A stretch of DNA of 64,000 nt from Candidatus Aenigmatarchaeota archaeon (GCA_032249395.1 JAVVFY010000002.1:32001-96000), one strand, 5' to 3'; positions 46,473-57,640 are shown, counted from the stretch's first letter. Translations and numbers: made by a program. Notes: a model not told the origin generated them from the letters alone.

Positions 46473-47026
46473 CTAGCGCAATAGAAACTCTATTAATAAA
46501 CTTAGAAAAAATGGGCTTTTTTGCATTTTTACCATTCTTATTAACAGCAGCTGTATTTTATGGGTTGTTAAGAAGGTCTAAACTTTTTGGAGACCCTGAA
46601 AAAAACTTAGGAGTAAACGCAACTGTATCTTTAGTTGCAGCGTTTATGGTGTGGGGATATCCCATAATAACTGGCACTAGCATCCAAGAATATCAACAAT
46701 TCTTTTCCTCATTCTTTCTTAAAGGAACTATAGCAACATTAACAGTAATAGTAGGGTTATTAATCGTTGGAATGTTCCTCCCAGAGGAGGGAATAACAAA
46801 AACAATAGGAGAAAAACTTGGAGGAAAGTTCGGTATAGGAATAATAGTTTTAGGAGTGTTGATTGGTGTTGCTGTGCTTCTCTCGAGTAGGGTCTCTTAC
46901 TTATTTGGAGACGTTTTGGAAAGTGTAGATATGGAAACTGTGTACTCTTTGCTTTTCATAATAACTTTCATTGGAATAATAGGATTTGTAGTATGGATAA
47001 CAAGCAAAGAATCAAAGAGACCATAG
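46469..47026 (+). CDS. Multi-pass membrane protein (paralog family member)
   Basis: GFFAFLPFLLTAAVFYGLLRRSKLFG...VNATVSLVAAF...YPIITG shared with 45933. Confidence 0.78.
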   Translation: MTSAIETLLINLEKMGFFAFLPFLLTAAVFYGLLRRSKLFGDPEKNLGVNATVSLVAAFMVWGYPIITGTSIQEYQQFFSSFFLKGTIATLTVIVGLLIVGMFLPEEGITKTIGEKLGGKFGIGIIVLGVLIGVAVLLSSRVSYLFGDVLESVDMETVYSLLFIITFIGIIGFVVWITSKESKRP

Positions 47027-47752
47027 CTCTAAAATTTCTTTTTCTGTAAAATGAAGCTTACCAGGAACTACTATAATTGCTGGCAAATCGAATTTAAAGT
47101 CTTTAAGATAGAACGCCTCTTTCCAAACAATTTTTTTATTATTAGATCCTATACAAGAAGCAACGACAATTTTCTCCTCTCTATCAATAATTCCGTTTTC
47201 TATCAAAAAATTAATCGCATCATTAACCTCTAAAAATTTCCTATTCTCTAAATCAAAATCCAAAAAACATAAAGTATGCAGACCTCTACTCTTATTGTCC
47301 TTTATAACATTAATTACTGATTCTATATTTCCTTTAACCCTATCTTTAAGAGGAATGGTAACCGAAGGTCCAAACTTATATGAATGCAAACCGCTTTCAC
47401 AAACAGCAGAAATAATAGAGGAATTATGAATTATCTTAACTTCAATCTTTCTTTTTAAACATTCCAAAAGAAGAGAAGAATGAGTGGTGGCAACCAATGG
47501 ATCTCCTGGAACAAAAATTAGCACTTTTTTTCTACTTGCAAGCTCTAAAATTTTTTCACTTTCCTCTTCTAAATCCTTTCTTTTTAATATTTCTATTTTG
47601 CTTCCAATTATATTTTCTAACCTTTCAATGCTACCTTTCCAAATATTCGTATAAAACTCGGCAAAAATATAGTCTGAAGTTTTGGCTTCTTTTATTTCTT
47701 CTAGAGTTATACTATTTTCGTCGGAAAGTCCTAAGCCAGCAAGCACTAGCAT
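47012..47752 (-). CDS. dph5: Diphthine synthase
   Basis: GLGLSD, EFYT, GDPLVATTH, GLHSYKFG, GLHTLCFLD, LHFTE. Confidence 0.95.
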   Translation of the reverse strand: MLVLAGLGLSDENSITLEEIKEAKTSDYIFAEFYTNIWKGSIERLENIIGSKIEILKRKDLEEESEKILELASRKKVLIFVPGDPLVATTHSSLLLECLKRKIEVKIIHNSSIISAVCESGLHSYKFGPSVTIPLKDRVKGNIESVINVIKDNKSRGLHTLCFLDFDLENRKFLEVNDAINFLIENGIIDREEKIVVASCIGSNNKKIVWKEAFYLKDFKFDLPAIIVVPGKLHFTEKEILELWSL

Positions 47753-47778
47753 AAATTTAAAAAGAAAGCTATATTAAA

Positions 47779-48633
47779 ATGGGTAAACTTAAAAATGATG
47801 TAGAAATTTTCACCGAAATAGAAAAGTTTAAAAACGAAAGACCAAGCAGTTTTGATATTATTGGACATATAGCAATAGTTGAAATACCAAAGAAACTAAA
47901 AAGAAGGAAGAGGCACGTCGCAAAAATAATAATGAGTTTGAATAAAAACGTGAAAACTGTATTAGAGAAAGTTGGTGAAAGAGAAGGTATTTTTAGAACT
48001 AGAAAGTTAAAATTCATAGCTGGAGAAAAAAACTTTGAAACCTATCACAAAGAATACGGCTGCATTTTTAAATTAGATCCAACAAAAGTTTATTTTTCTC
48101 CTCGAGAGCTGACGGAAAGACAAAGAATAGCATCACAAATAAAAGAAAATGAAACTGTTATGGTAATGTTTGCTGGTGTAGCACCATATGCAATTCAAAT
48201 TGCAAAAAAACAGCCTAAAGTAAAAGAAGTTATAGCAATAGAAATAAATCCAATAGCGGTAAAATATGCAAGAGAAAACGTTATCCTAAACAAAGTTCAA
48301 GACAAGGTAAAAGTTATAGAAGGAGATGTTAAAGAAAAAAGCAAAGATTTCTATGGAAAATGTGATAGAGTCGTTATGCCATTACCTCTAAAAGGAGAGG
48401 ATTTCTTAGATATCGCTATTAATTGTTTAAAAGAAGAAGGATATATTCATTTTTATAATTTAGGTTGTGAACCAAATATATTCGAAAATGCCGAAAAAAT
48501 AGTAAAAGAAAGATTTAAAAACACTAAAGTTGAATACAAGATTATAAGCAAACAAAAAGTTTTACCATATGCTCCAAGAAAGTGGAAAGTGTGCTTGGAT
48601 ATATATGTAAATAAATCGGGTGAGAAAAATTAG
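47779..48633 (+). CDS. Trm5/Tyw2 (Met-10+ like) SAM-dependent tRNA modification enzyme
   Basis: FDIIGHIA, VYFSPRELTER, MFAGVAPY, EINP, DRVVMPLP. Confidence 0.88.
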   Translation: MGKLKNDVEIFTEIEKFKNERPSSFDIIGHIAIVEIPKKLKRRKRHVAKIIMSLNKNVKTVLEKVGEREGIFRTRKLKFIAGEKNFETYHKEYGCIFKLDPTKVYFSPRELTERQRIASQIKENETVMVMFAGVAPYAIQIAKKQPKVKEVIAIEINPIAVKYARENVILNKVQDKVKVIEGDVKEKSKDFYGKCDRVVMPLPLKGEDFLDIAINCLKEEGYIHFYNLGCEPNIFENAEKIVKERFKNTKVEYKIISKQKVLPYAPRKWKVCLDIYVNKSGEKN

Positions 48634-49777
48634 AGTTAATTTGTTTGAAATGCTTCTAATGATAATTTTCTTTTCTCTTATAGCTTTTAGACTATTAAGA
48701 AAAAGAAAAGAAATAAAAGTAGAGAAAATATTAATCTTTGAATATTCAAAGGAGTACACAGAAAAAATTAATGAAATCGCATCAAAACACCAAAAATTAA
48801 TGAAATTTGCTGGCCTTCTCTCCCTAATTTCAGCACCAATACTAACTTTTGTTGGAGTCTACTATTTGATAAACTCTTTAATTTATTCAAAAATGTCTGT
48901 AGCTCTAGTTTTGCCAACAGTTTCAGAATTCAAATATCCAGGTCCTGTAATATCTGTTCCTTTTTGGATTTGGATCGTAGCAATATTTTTAATAATTTTT
49001 TCTCATGAATCGATGCATGCTTTAATAGCTTCAACCGAAGGAGTAAAAACCAGGAGATACGGAATCATTTACTTATTAATAGTTCCTATAGGAGCTTTTG
49101 TAGATTTGTCTGAGAAGAAACTAGAGAAACTTGAACCAAAAAAGAAAATTAAAATCTTTGCTGCAGGTAGTTTTGGTAACCTTATATTATTTTTAGTTTT
49201 TACAATTCTGCTATTTTTAATAATTCAGCTTACCAATATAACATTTGAATCTAAAGGAGTTTGGTTTAACAACACTATACCAGAATCTCCAGCAGAGAAG
49301 GTAGGACTGAAAGGGATAATAACCCAAATAAACAACAAAACAATAAACAATATATATGATTTGCAGGACTTCTTAAAAAACACAAAACCGTATTCAACAG
49401 TTACAATAAAAACAACAGAGGGAATTTTCAATATAACTTTAGCCGAAAAGGATAATGCGAGTTATATTGGTATAATGGATGTAAGAAATTATATAGTTTA
49501 CAAAAACACAAATACCCCAGCTAATGAAAACTTACTCAAACTATTTGCCTATTTAATATTGGTAGTACAATGGGTATCATTCTTAAGCTTGGGAATAGCA
49601 GTAGCAAACATGCTACCAATAATACCACTTGATGGAGGACTAATAACTAAAGAAATACTGAAGAATATTTTTGGAAAAAAAGGAGAATTAGCATCTAAAT
49701 TTATCTCAGCGTTATTTATTGTGGTTGTTGTGTATTCGCTTCTTTCACCTTCACTAACTCCTCGAGCGGTGTCTTAA
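48620..49777 (+). CDS. Site-2 protease (M50) with PDZ domain
   Basis: HESMH, GAFV, AAGSFGN, NMLPIIPLDGG. Confidence 0.93.
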   Translation: MRKIRVNLFEMLLMIIFFSLIAFRLLRKRKEIKVEKILIFEYSKEYTEKINEIASKHQKLMKFAGLLSLISAPILTFVGVYYLINSLIYSKMSVALVLPTVSEFKYPGPVISVPFWIWIVAIFLIIFSHESMHALIASTEGVKTRRYGIIYLLIVPIGAFVDLSEKKLEKLEPKKKIKIFAAGSFGNLILFLVFTILLFLIIQLTNITFESKGVWFNNTIPESPAEKVGLKGIITQINNKTINNIYDLQDFLKNTKPYSTVTIKTTEGIFNITLAEKDNASYIGIMDVRNYIVYKNTNTPANENLLKLFAYLILVVQWVSFLSLGIAVANMLPIIPLDGGLITKEILKNIFGKKGELASKFISALFIVVVVYSLLSPSLTPRAVS

Positions 49778-50318
49778 CTTCAATTTTCCTAAACTCAAAA
49801 TGTTTTACAGGATATATTTTATTAAGAGAAGAAATTATAGAGTTCTTAAAATCATCAGATAAAACCTTCAAAATAAAATTATCCATAGTTGAATCTTTTA
49901 CTTCTTTATTTAAAATTTCATCTATTTTCTTTCTTATCTTTTTCCTAATTCCTCTAGGCACTTTTCTTGTTACACATATCGTTTTTATTCTTAAAACGAT
50001 ACCATCTTTTGTAACTTTATCCACAACTAAATCTGTTCTATCAACTTTTCTTCTAATCATTCTAGCAATGTAATCTCTTGTGCATTCCAACCCATCAAAA
50101 TAAAGATATGCATATTCGTTATCTACTTTGCCAACCTTGAAAATGAATTTAAGATAATATTTATTAAAATCTCCCAAAACGTCTATTGCGCTAATAATAA
50201 CTCTTCTACCTTTTGCCGCTTCTGGTTCATTAGCAGGAATTTCTCCTACTTCTTTTCTACCTAAAAATTCCGGAGTTATCAACTTCAACCAAACTTTTGT
50301 TTTTTTACTCTTTGGCAT
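49716..50318 (-). CDS. rps3ae: 30S ribosomal protein eS1 (S3Ae)
   Basis: KVWLKLITP, GRRV, TRDYIARMIRR, TKDG, KIYPVK..EFRK. Confidence 0.9.
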   Translation of the reverse strand: MPKSKKTKVWLKLITPEFLGRKEVGEIPANEPEAAKGRRVIISAIDVLGDFNKYYLKFIFKVGKVDNEYAYLYFDGLECTRDYIARMIRRKVDRTDLVVDKVTKDGIVLRIKTICVTRKVPRGIRKKIRKKIDEILNKEVKDSTMDNFILKVLSDDFKNSIISSLNKIYPVKHFEFRKIEVKTPLEELVKVKEANTQQPQ

Positions 50319-51672
50319 TATTCACACCTATTAATTTATTTACTTTCTCTATAAATTCATTTTCTTTGCCAACAGGAATATAAGCTCCTGCTGCATCCTT
50401 ATGTCCTCCCGCTTCTCCACCCAAATCTTTAGCAACATTAACTAAAATGTCTCTCAAATTTATATCATCTCCATTTTGTTTTCTTGCAGATATCTTTATC
50501 ATGTTTGTCATATTATCATATGCTAAACCAAATACAGGTTTATTAGGTTTCTTCGAACTTAGAATAATTGATGTTATAACACCTATAAGATAATCTGGTA
50601 TTTCTCTTCCTCCTATTATGAAAATTCCATTATCTTTTTCTATTATTCTTCCATTCTCTATAAGAGAAATCGACTCTGCTATTTTCTTTCTATATTCTTC
50701 AACCTTCTCAATAGCTTTAGGATATACCGAATAATCCCCAAGACATAACCTAATTGCTAAATCGCTTTCGCCCATCCTACTACAAGCATTTATAACAACA
50801 GAAAATTCTCTGGAATCGTTAAGAAATTCAGGTCTCTTAGAAAGTGTAAAAACCTCGCAAAATAATTCATAAAAATCTATAAGGCCTCTCCTTTCCCTTA
50901 TTATACCATCTGCTATTCTTGCCTTCTCCTCGTCCGTTAAATCACTAAAAGTTCTCCATGTTTCTCCTTTCTTAACACTTATACCAAGATCTTGCAAGAA
51001 CTGTATGGCGGCAGCTTCATTACCATAAATAGAAGGTATCAGCGGGTCAAAGCTGTATGCTATTGTTTTGAACAGAGGTCTGTTTGAACCAAAAAGCTTT
51101 AAATCTTTATTAACGCTTATAAAACCTAGCTCTTTGGCTATTTCCAAAACTTCGTTGAGAGCACCTGCTTTTATTCCTTCCTCCCTTCTATCACCGACGG
51201 CCCCAACTATAGCAATATCTATTTGATCTATGTTTTTTGGATTTATAAACCTAACAAACATTAAAGATATCAAAGACGTGGAATATTTTTCTGGATCTTC
51301 TCCAAATAATAAAGGATTAATGTGAAAAAGATTAGGATGTTCATATTTTATTGGTTCGTGGTGGTCTATTATTAAAACGTTTGCCTTTTCTATGATGTCT
51401 TTAAGTAAATCTATTTGACCACTCCCCATATCTAAAAATATCAAAAAATCGTCTTCTCTATATACAATTTCTTTTACACTTTTTGAATTCAGTTGTTTAA
51501 GTATTTTCAGCTCAAAATTACAACCCTCTCTTATCAAAAACTTAGCGATTATTGAAGCTGATGTGATACCATCTGCATCATACTGAGCATATATCCTAAC
51601 GTGTTTCTTTCTGACAAGTTCTTTAGAAATTTTCGCCACTCTTTCAATCTCCTTTAAAAACAAGCTGATCAC
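50305..51672 (-). CDS. RecJ/Cdc45-like DHH nuclease (uS15-RecJ-eS1 cluster)
   Basis: DADGITS, DMGSG, IIDHH, GAVGD, REFSVVINACSR, GGHKDAAG. Confidence 0.9.
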   Translation of the reverse strand: MISLFLKEIERVAKISKELVRKKHVRIYAQYDADGITSASIIAKFLIREGCNFELKILKQLNSKSVKEIVYREDDFLIFLDMGSGQIDLLKDIIEKANVLIIDHHEPIKYEHPNLFHINPLLFGEDPEKYSTSLISLMFVRFINPKNIDQIDIAIVGAVGDRREEGIKAGALNEVLEIAKELGFISVNKDLKLFGSNRPLFKTIAYSFDPLIPSIYGNEAAAIQFLQDLGISVKKGETWRTFSDLTDEEKARIADGIIRERRGLIDFYELFCEVFTLSKRPEFLNDSREFSVVINACSRMGESDLAIRLCLGDYSVYPKAIEKVEEYRKKIAESISLIENGRIIEKDNGIFIIGGREIPDYLIGVITSIILSSKKPNKPVFGLAYDNMTNMIKISARKQNGDDINLRDILVNVAKDLGGEAGGHKDAAGAYIPVGKENEFIEKVNKLIGVNNAKE

Positions 51673-52127
51673 TTCTGTATTATCAACCTTGCTTTCTCTA
51701 TTTCGAATTCGAAATCTTGAGGTAACATTTTCTTTCTCTTGTAGTATTTTATTAGTCTTCTTATCTTAGAAACAAGGTTTTCGAAACCTTTTTTAGATGC
51801 CTTATCTTTCTTATGTTTTAATAGATGTTCATGTAAATTAACAGCCTTTCTAAACAAGTTTAACAATTCCTCAGGATATTGTGGATAGAGGTTGTTTTCT
51901 TTCATTATTTGGGTTATAGATTTTCCAACAATAGTCTTAACATCAGGAACACCATATTGATCTCTCAAAATTGTTCCTATCATTGCAGAAGAATATCCTT
52001 TCTTAGCAAGTTCTATAACAAGTTTTTCAACTTCTTCTTTCTTCATTTCAAACCATCTAGGCACTATTCTTATTGGTGGTTTGTGGCTTCTAGATTTTCC
52101 TTTTTTTCTCGAATACATTCTTGCCAT
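51669..52127 (-). CDS. rps15: 30S ribosomal protein uS15
   Basis: MARMYSRKKGKSRS, IGTILRDQYG, SKIRRLIKYY. Confidence 0.97.
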   Translation of the reverse strand: MARMYSRKKGKSRSHKPPIRIVPRWFEMKKEEVEKLVIELAKKGYSSAMIGTILRDQYGVPDVKTIVGKSITQIMKENNLYPQYPEELLNLFRKAVNLHEHLLKHKKDKASKKGFENLVSKIRRLIKYYKRKKMLPQDFEFEIEKARLIIQK

Positions 52128-52129
52128 TT

Positions 52130-52381
52130 TTACACCTCTCTAATTACCCATATTAATACGAGAGAAATTATTGAAATAAAAATAAAGAAACTAGAAAGCA
52201 TTATCCCAACAACGGGCCAACCTTTTGGAACTACGCTGGCCAATCCTATAAATAAAGAAAGTAATATACTGCAAGCGAGCAACAAGATTATGAAAAAATT
52301 CTCTACTATCTCGAGCTTGTCCTCTCCCTTAATCTTTAATAACTCTCTCAGCATATCTTGCGCGTTTCTCAATTTCATCAA
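52130..52381 (-). CDS. Small two-TM membrane protein (start uncertain)
   Basis: Two hydrophobic helices; fills the gap between bud32 and rps15. Confidence 0.6.
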   Translation of the reverse strand: MMKLRNAQDMLRELLKIKGEDKLEIVENFFIILLLACSILLSLFIGLASVVPKGWPVVGIMLSSFFIFISIISLVLIWVIREV

Positions 52382-52964
52382 CCCTTTTTAATACTTTCTC
52401 CCATTCTTCAAAAGTTTTTCTATAACCTATTACAATATTTTGCCAACATAAGTTTAAAAGTTTAGGGTGAGTTGCTCTAATTGCCTCCTTAAACAAGTTT
52501 AGATCAGTTCCCTTATCTTCTATTCTTTTTGAGAAATAACCCAAACCAAAATCTATGAAATAAATTTTATCATCTTTTACAAGAATATTGCTGGTTGTTA
52601 GATCTCCATGTATTATGTCAGCAGAATGCATTTTACCAACAAATTTACCAACTTCAATAAAAATTTTTTCTATATTTTCTTCACTCCACTCATCTAAAAC
52701 ATCTTTTAATCTTTTTCCATCTATAAACTCCATTATTATTCTACAATTCTCTTCGTCTACATGAAATATTTGAGGTGTGTTAACTCCGACTTTTCTGGCT
52801 TCTCTCATTAAATTTGCTTCTCTTCTTGTTCTTTCGACTCTAAGCTTTTTATCCAAAACTTCTAATCTATAGCTCTTCTTTATTCTCTCCTTAACAAGAA
52901 CTTTCATTCCCTCAAAATAGTCTATATAAAGTATGGCCTCTGCTCCTCTTTTTATTATTTCCAT
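52329..52964 (-). CDS. bud32: KEOPS kinase Bud32
   Basis: RGAEA, KERIKKSYR, IIHGDLTTSN, IDFGL. Confidence 0.95.
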   Translation of the reverse strand: MEIIKRGAEAILYIDYFEGMKVLVKERIKKSYRLEVLDKKLRVERTRREANLMREARKVGVNTPQIFHVDEENCRIIMEFIDGKRLKDVLDEWSEENIEKIFIEVGKFVGKMHSADIIHGDLTTSNILVKDDKIYFIDFGLGYFSKRIEDKGTDLNLFKEAIRATHPKLLNLCWQNIVIGYRKTFEEWEKVLKRVDEIEKRARYAERVIKD

Positions 52965-52969
52965 TTTAT

Positions 52970-55432
52970 CTATTTTTCGTCTACGTCTTTTATTCCTTCT
53001 TCCGTTATTTTAAACGCAACTTCGCTTTCTGGTAGATTTGGTGCATCTATCAATCTAGCAATTCTAATGTTCTCTTTACTTCTCCTTAGATAAATTCTAT
53101 ACGTACTAAAATGCCCGAGCACGTGTCCCCCAACTGGTCTAGTAGGATCTCCAAAAATTACAGATGGATCAGCCATAACTTGGTTTGTTATGTAAACTGC
53201 CAAATTAAAAGCATCTGCCAACCTTTGTAAAGTATGCAAATGCTTGTTCAATTTTTGTTGTCTTTCTGCTAATTCTCCTCTACCAACATACTCAGCTCTA
53301 AAATGAGAAGTAATAGAATCAATAACAATTAAGCCGATATTTTTCTCTTCTATTTGTTCTCTTAACTTATCTACAATGAACATTTGATGTTCAGCATTAA
53401 ATGCCCTAGCAACAAAAACGTTCTTTAATGCTGTTTGTGGATCTAAACCCTTGGCTTTTGCCATGCTAACAATTCTGTTTGGACTAAACGTTCCCTCACA
53501 ATCTATATAAACTGCCGTTTTTCCTAAACCACCTTTTTCTGGAGGAAGTTGAACATTTACAGAAAGTTGATGTGCTAGTTGTGTATTGTGTAATAATAAA
53601 GGTGCGAATCCTCCAACAAAAGTATGACCAGCTGGAACTACAAAATCATAAACATAGTCATTATATTGAACTTCTTCTATCCTTTTAATCTCATCCCATG
53701 AGAATTTGCTTATCAATTCGCAAGTCCTCAAACATTCTTCTAATAACTTCAATCTTTTGTCTACCTCTCTTATAATTAACATCTTTATGAGTTTAACTCT
53801 CTCTCTATTTCTTTTTGGAAGACCTCTAATTAGATAATTCTGAAGAGTAGATCTGTTTACTCCAAGTAAAACACTTAATGTTTTGTAAGGATACGGTAAA
53901 ATATTGATGAGTTCTTTTAATTCCTCCTTTTTAAGATTTTCTAAATTTTCTGCAAGTTTTCTTGCTTTGATTAATGTATTCCTGCCAAGATTGAATATAT
54001 TAACAATTTCATCGAATGTTCTTTGATTGATAACATCAGCTTTTGTGCTTCCAATCAAAACATGGTAAGCATGATTTTTAATAAAGTTTCTCTTGCCTAT
54101 TACTTTTCTTTTTCTTCCTCTATTTCCGCCGATTGTTAAACTATAAACTTTTCTCAAATAATTGATGATTGGTCTCGGATAACCATAAAAAGAATTTCTA
54201 AAATTCCCTTTCTTTTCAAGGATTTTGAAAAGTCTATTTCTATCTTCACCTACTACAAAAATTCTATAGTAGATTTCTCCTTTTATTTTCTTAGTTCTAA
54301 TAGTAGCGTCTATACCAAGTCTTTTCAATAGGTAGGAAAGCTGACTTGCTAAAATACTGCTTTTTGTTGTCATCTCAACATAATCTTTAACATATCCATC
54401 TCCCTTTATGTATCCTTTCAAGAATGCGGCAATAACTTCTTCTTTTGCCTCAAAAATTTCCGAAGGAATGAACTTACTTCCTGCTGTACATTTAACTAAG
54501 TTCTTAAGTAGAGAGAAAGTTTCCTTTCGTAATAAAATTCTGTACACTCCTCTTCTTTTGGTAATTTTTGGTTTATAATTAAACTTTCTCTCTAAATATG
54601 AAGAAATCCAGTCCTTTAATTCTTCGTCAGCAGTATAAATAGAAGGTGGATTGGAAGTTCCCTCGGCAACAAAAAGTCCTATGAAATAAGCATCATCTTC
54701 ATCAATAAAACTGTTTTTCTCAACTTCCAAGATTTTCGGAGATGCTATCGCATCTCCTTTTTTTACCATACCAATTGGTTTCCATGAAATAGAGTTGCCA
54801 TCAAAAGTCAAAAGTTTGTGTGCTTTTGTAGCTTTAAGCAATTTTCCTCTTTTAGTTTCCAATGTACAAATATTTTTTACGAACTCTTTGTATATTGCAG
54901 CAGCTTCTACTTTTTTAAACTCTAAACCAGAAAATCCTATAACTTTAACATTCTTCAAAGGAACAATATAACCCTCATCAAATTTTCTTTCGCCATATAT
55001 TTTCTTGTATCTTTCGTATGCGTCTTCTATTTTTTCGTAATGGTAATTCTCATCATTAAAGAAGATTACTGGAGTATCTTTGCTTACACATTTCCCACTA
55101 CCAAAGGCACCATAGCTCTCTGTAATAGCTTGAGTTTCTACACCACCACCAAGCAAATTATCTAATGCTTTAGAACCAGTTGTTATTCTCAATGCTTTTT
55201 GCTTCCTTTCAAGTATTTTGTCTGCCGTTACTAAACCAATATCCAAAATTTCTCTAACAGCAGCTATAATCTTTGCTGCCTGACCTTCACCAATTTCAGC
55301 AATTGCAGCAAGCTCAGAAGGAGAAATAACAGCAATTGCCATTGGATCCGTAAAACCAACTTCTCTTAATTTTTCAGCAGTTTTTGGACCTATTCCTGGG
55401 ATGTCTTCCAATCTAATTTCTTTCTCACTCAT
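52970..55432 (-). CDS. radA: DNA repair and recombination protein RadA, intein-containing (mature ~318 aa)
   Basis: N-terminal Hh[44 protein letters not shown]. Confidence 0.97.
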   Translation of the reverse strand: MSEKEIRLEDIPGIGPKTAEKLREVGFTDPMAIAVISPSELAAIAEIGEGQAAKIIAAVREILDIGLVTADKILERKQKALRITTGSKALDNLLGGGVETQAITESYGAFGSGKCVSKDTPVIFFNDENYHYEKIEDAYERYKKIYGERKFDEGYIVPLKNVKVIGFSGLEFKKVEAAAIYKEFVKNICTLETKRGKLLKATKAHKLLTFDGNSISWKPIGMVKKGDAIASPKILEVEKNSFIDEDDAYFIGLFVAEGTSNPPSIYTADEELKDWISSYLERKFNYKPKITKRRGVYRILLRKETFSLLKNLVKCTAGSKFIPSEIFEAKEEVIAAFLKGYIKGDGYVKDYVEMTTKSSILASQLSYLLKRLGIDATIRTKKIKGEIYYRIFVVGEDRNRLFKILEKKGNFRNSFYGYPRPIINYLRKVYSLTIGGNRGRKRKVIGKRNFIKNHAYHVLIGSTKADVINQRTFDEIVNIFNLGRNTLIKARKLAENLENLKKEELKELINILPYPYKTLSVLLGVNRSTLQNYLIRGLPKRNRERVKLIKMLIIREVDKRLKLLEECLRTCELISKFSWDEIKRIEEVQYNDYVYDFVVPAGHTFVGGFAPLLLHNTQLAHQLSVNVQLPPEKGGLGKTAVYIDCEGTFSPNRIVSMAKAKGLDPQTALKNVFVARAFNAEHQMFIVDKLREQIEEKNIGLIVIDSITSHFRAEYVGRGELAERQQKLNKHLHTLQRLADAFNLAVYITNQVMADPSVIFGDPTRPVGGHVLGHFSTYRIYLRRSKENIRIARLIDAPNLPESEVAFKITEEGIKDVDEK
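53585..55090 (-). mobile_element. Intein (502 aa) with LAGLIDADG endonuclease in the RadA P-loop
   Basis: Starts [19 protein letters not shown] and [10 protein letters not shown], ends VYDFVVP...LLHN|T. Confidence 0.95.
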
Positions 55433-56357
55433 TTTCTAACTCCTCCACCAATTTATAACTTTCTTCTGTAGGATTAAAAGGTTTGATATTAGTTGCTATC
55501 ATTTCTAATCTATCATACATATCATTTTTCTTCACTCTTCCTTCTACAATAATTTCTTTTCCTAAAAGTCTTTCCTCGAGAAAACTTTTTCTCTTGTCTT
55601 CTTCAATTTTTTCTAATTCATCAACACTTATTCCTGCTAAAGTTTCTGCTAATTCTCTAAAAAATGAAACTCTTATATCGCCTGTACCATCATCAATCAA
55701 AGTGGGAATTATCATTATCTTTTCTCCATTAGAATTGTATACATAGTTTGCTTTGAAGATTTTTACTATGAATCCTGTTATTTCAAAATTTCCTGGTCTA
55801 ATATCTCTAATTTTAACTCTTTCAAAAGAAGAAAATTTTTGAACAAGTTCCTCGGCGCTGGGAATTTCAGGAATTTCTGTATCTAAAACTTTAAGCAATC
55901 CGAACCTGCCCAAAGAAACTTCTACTTCTCCATAAATTCCTTCTCTAGCGAAACCATTTATTACTTGAATTAGCGACCCTACGGTAACTTTTTTTTGGTC
56001 GACAAAACTTACTTGCTCGTTCCAAAGGGGTATTTTAACATAGCCTGTAGCATCGCCAACAAAAAGATTAACCACCTTACCTTTATTTCCAACGCCAAAC
56101 TCAACAATTCTAGAAATTTTGAAAACTCTTCCCATAAAGCTTACTTTTCTCATTCCAGGAAGTATGCTTGATATTGTTACCCTTCTTCTTGGAGACGGAA
56201 GCTCTATTCCCAATTCTCTAGCTACCAAATAAATAGCTCCTTCTACAGTTATCAAATTATCAAGTTCGATAATTTTCTTATCTATTCTTTTCATCAACTC
56301 TTCTCTACTCAAACCAGATTTTTTCTCCAATTCTTGTAAAAGCTCTTCAACTCCCAT
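55425..56357 (-). CDS. Replication protein A / ssDNA-binding OB-fold protein
   Basis: [13 protein letters not shown]...LWNEQ and [15 protein letters not shown] folds; adjacent to radA. Confidence 0.85.
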   Translation of the reverse strand: MGVEELLQELEKKSGLSREELMKRIDKKIIELDNLITVEGAIYLVARELGIELPSPRRRVTISSILPGMRKVSFMGRVFKISRIVEFGVGNKGKVVNLFVGDATGYVKIPLWNEQVSFVDQKKVTVGSLIQVINGFAREGIYGEVEVSLGRFGLLKVLDTEIPEIPSAEELVQKFSSFERVKIRDIRPGNFEITGFIVKIFKANYVYNSNGEKIMIIPTLIDDGTGDIRVSFFRELAETLAGISVDELEKIEEDKRKSFLEERLLGKEIIVEGRVKKNDMYDRLEMIATNIKPFNPTEESYKLVEELENE

Positions 56358-56378
56358 AAATGTTTTTAGAATTGAAGA

Positions 56379-56588
56379 TTATAGATTTAGATTTTTTCTT
56401 GCAAGCCTTATATCATCTTGCAAAACGGTACTTCTCCTGGCATGTTCAGCATATGTTTTTGCTTCTTTCAAAAGTAAAATAGATCTCTCCTCCAAATATT
56501 TGGCCAAATATTCAGCTGCTTCAGGAGAAACTCTTTTAGCTCCAAATTTCTTCAAGAATTTGTCAAATGTTTCTCTCTTTAATATCAT
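56379..56588 (-). CDS. Archaeal histone (divergent)
   Basis: GAKRVSPEA...AEHARRSTVLQDDIRLA histone-fold motifs. Confidence 0.85.
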   Translation of the reverse strand: MILKRETFDKFLKKFGAKRVSPEAAEYLAKYLEERSILLLKEAKTYAEHARRSTVLQDDIRLARKNLNL

Positions 56589-56604
56589 AATTTATTTTTA
56601 CCTC

Positions 56605-57606
56605 CTAAATAAACCACTTTACTTCATCAATTCTCCATTTTGGTTTTATCAAATCCTCGAAAGGTCTATCAAAACCCCTTTTATAAGCAAGCAAACCAGC
56701 GTATGCTATCATAACACCATTATCAGAGGAATATTTAGAAGGAACTACATAGAATTTTGCTCCTCTTTCCTCACACATTTTATTCATCATTTCTTGTAAT
56801 CTTTTATTAGAAGCAACTCCACCTACTAACAAAATCTCGTTTTTTTCGGTATGAGCCAATGCTCTTTCAGTAACTTCAGTTAGCATTGCGAAACAAGTTT
56901 CCTGTAGAGAAAATGCTATATCTTCCCTACTAATTCCTTCTGAAATTAACTTCAAAACAGCTGTTTGAATTCCGCTAAAAGAAACATCCATACCTTTAAC
57001 AGCATACGGCAATTCAATATAATTTTTCCCATTTTTTGCAAGCTCTTCTATTTTTGGTCCACCTGGCATTGAAAACCCGAATGATCTTGCAATAGTGTCG
57101 AAAAGGTTTCCAATTGTTATATCTTGAGTTTCTCCAAAAACTTTGTAAGAATCGTTAACAAACGCTAAAATTGCATTGTGACCTCCAGACAAATAAACAA
57201 CGACTGCATCTTTGCATCCTGTTAAAAGTCTTCCAATTTCAATATGACCAATGCCATGATGTACCTTTACTAAAGGTTTATGGAATTTCTCAGCCAGTTC
57301 TTTTGCAAATTTTGCAGTAAAAAGAAGCGGAGGTGGCAAGCCTGGTCCAGCTGAATAAGAAATTATATCTATTTCCTCAAAAGTAATACCAGCAGAACTT
57401 ATAGCTCTTTCTAAAATTGTTTTTGATACTTCCTCATGATGTTTTCTTGCATCAGAAGGAATAATACCCTTTCCTTCTGGAGGGTTATAAACATCTCTCT
57501 CATCTGCTAAAATCCTTCCGTCTTCAGAGACAATGCCCACGCCAAAAGTATGGGCTGTTCCTTCTATTCCAAGAGATATTAATTTCCCTTCTCTCATCCT
57601 TCTCAC
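56605..57606 (-). CDS. kae1: tRNA t6A synthase Kae1 (KEOPS)
   Basis: LGIEGTAHT, GPG, HHGIGHIE, SGGH, GGVASN, DNGVMIA. Confidence 0.95.
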   Translation of the reverse strand: MRRMREGKLISLGIEGTAHTFGVGIVSEDGRILADERDVYNPPEGKGIIPSDARKHHEEVSKTILERAISSAGITFEEIDIISYSAGPGLPPPLLFTAKFAKELAEKFHKPLVKVHHGIGHIEIGRLLTGCKDAVVVYLSGGHNAILAFVNDSYKVFGETQDITIGNLFDTIARSFGFSMPGGPKIEELAKNGKNYIELPYAVKGMDVSFSGIQTAVLKLISEGISREDIAFSLQETCFAMLTEVTERALAHTEKNEILLVGGVASNKRLQEMMNKMCEERGAKFYVVPSKYSSDNGVMIAYAGLLAYKRGFDRPFEDLIKPKWRIDEVKWFI

Positions 57607-57640
57607 TCCATAAACATATTAGCAAAAGAGAATATGAAAT

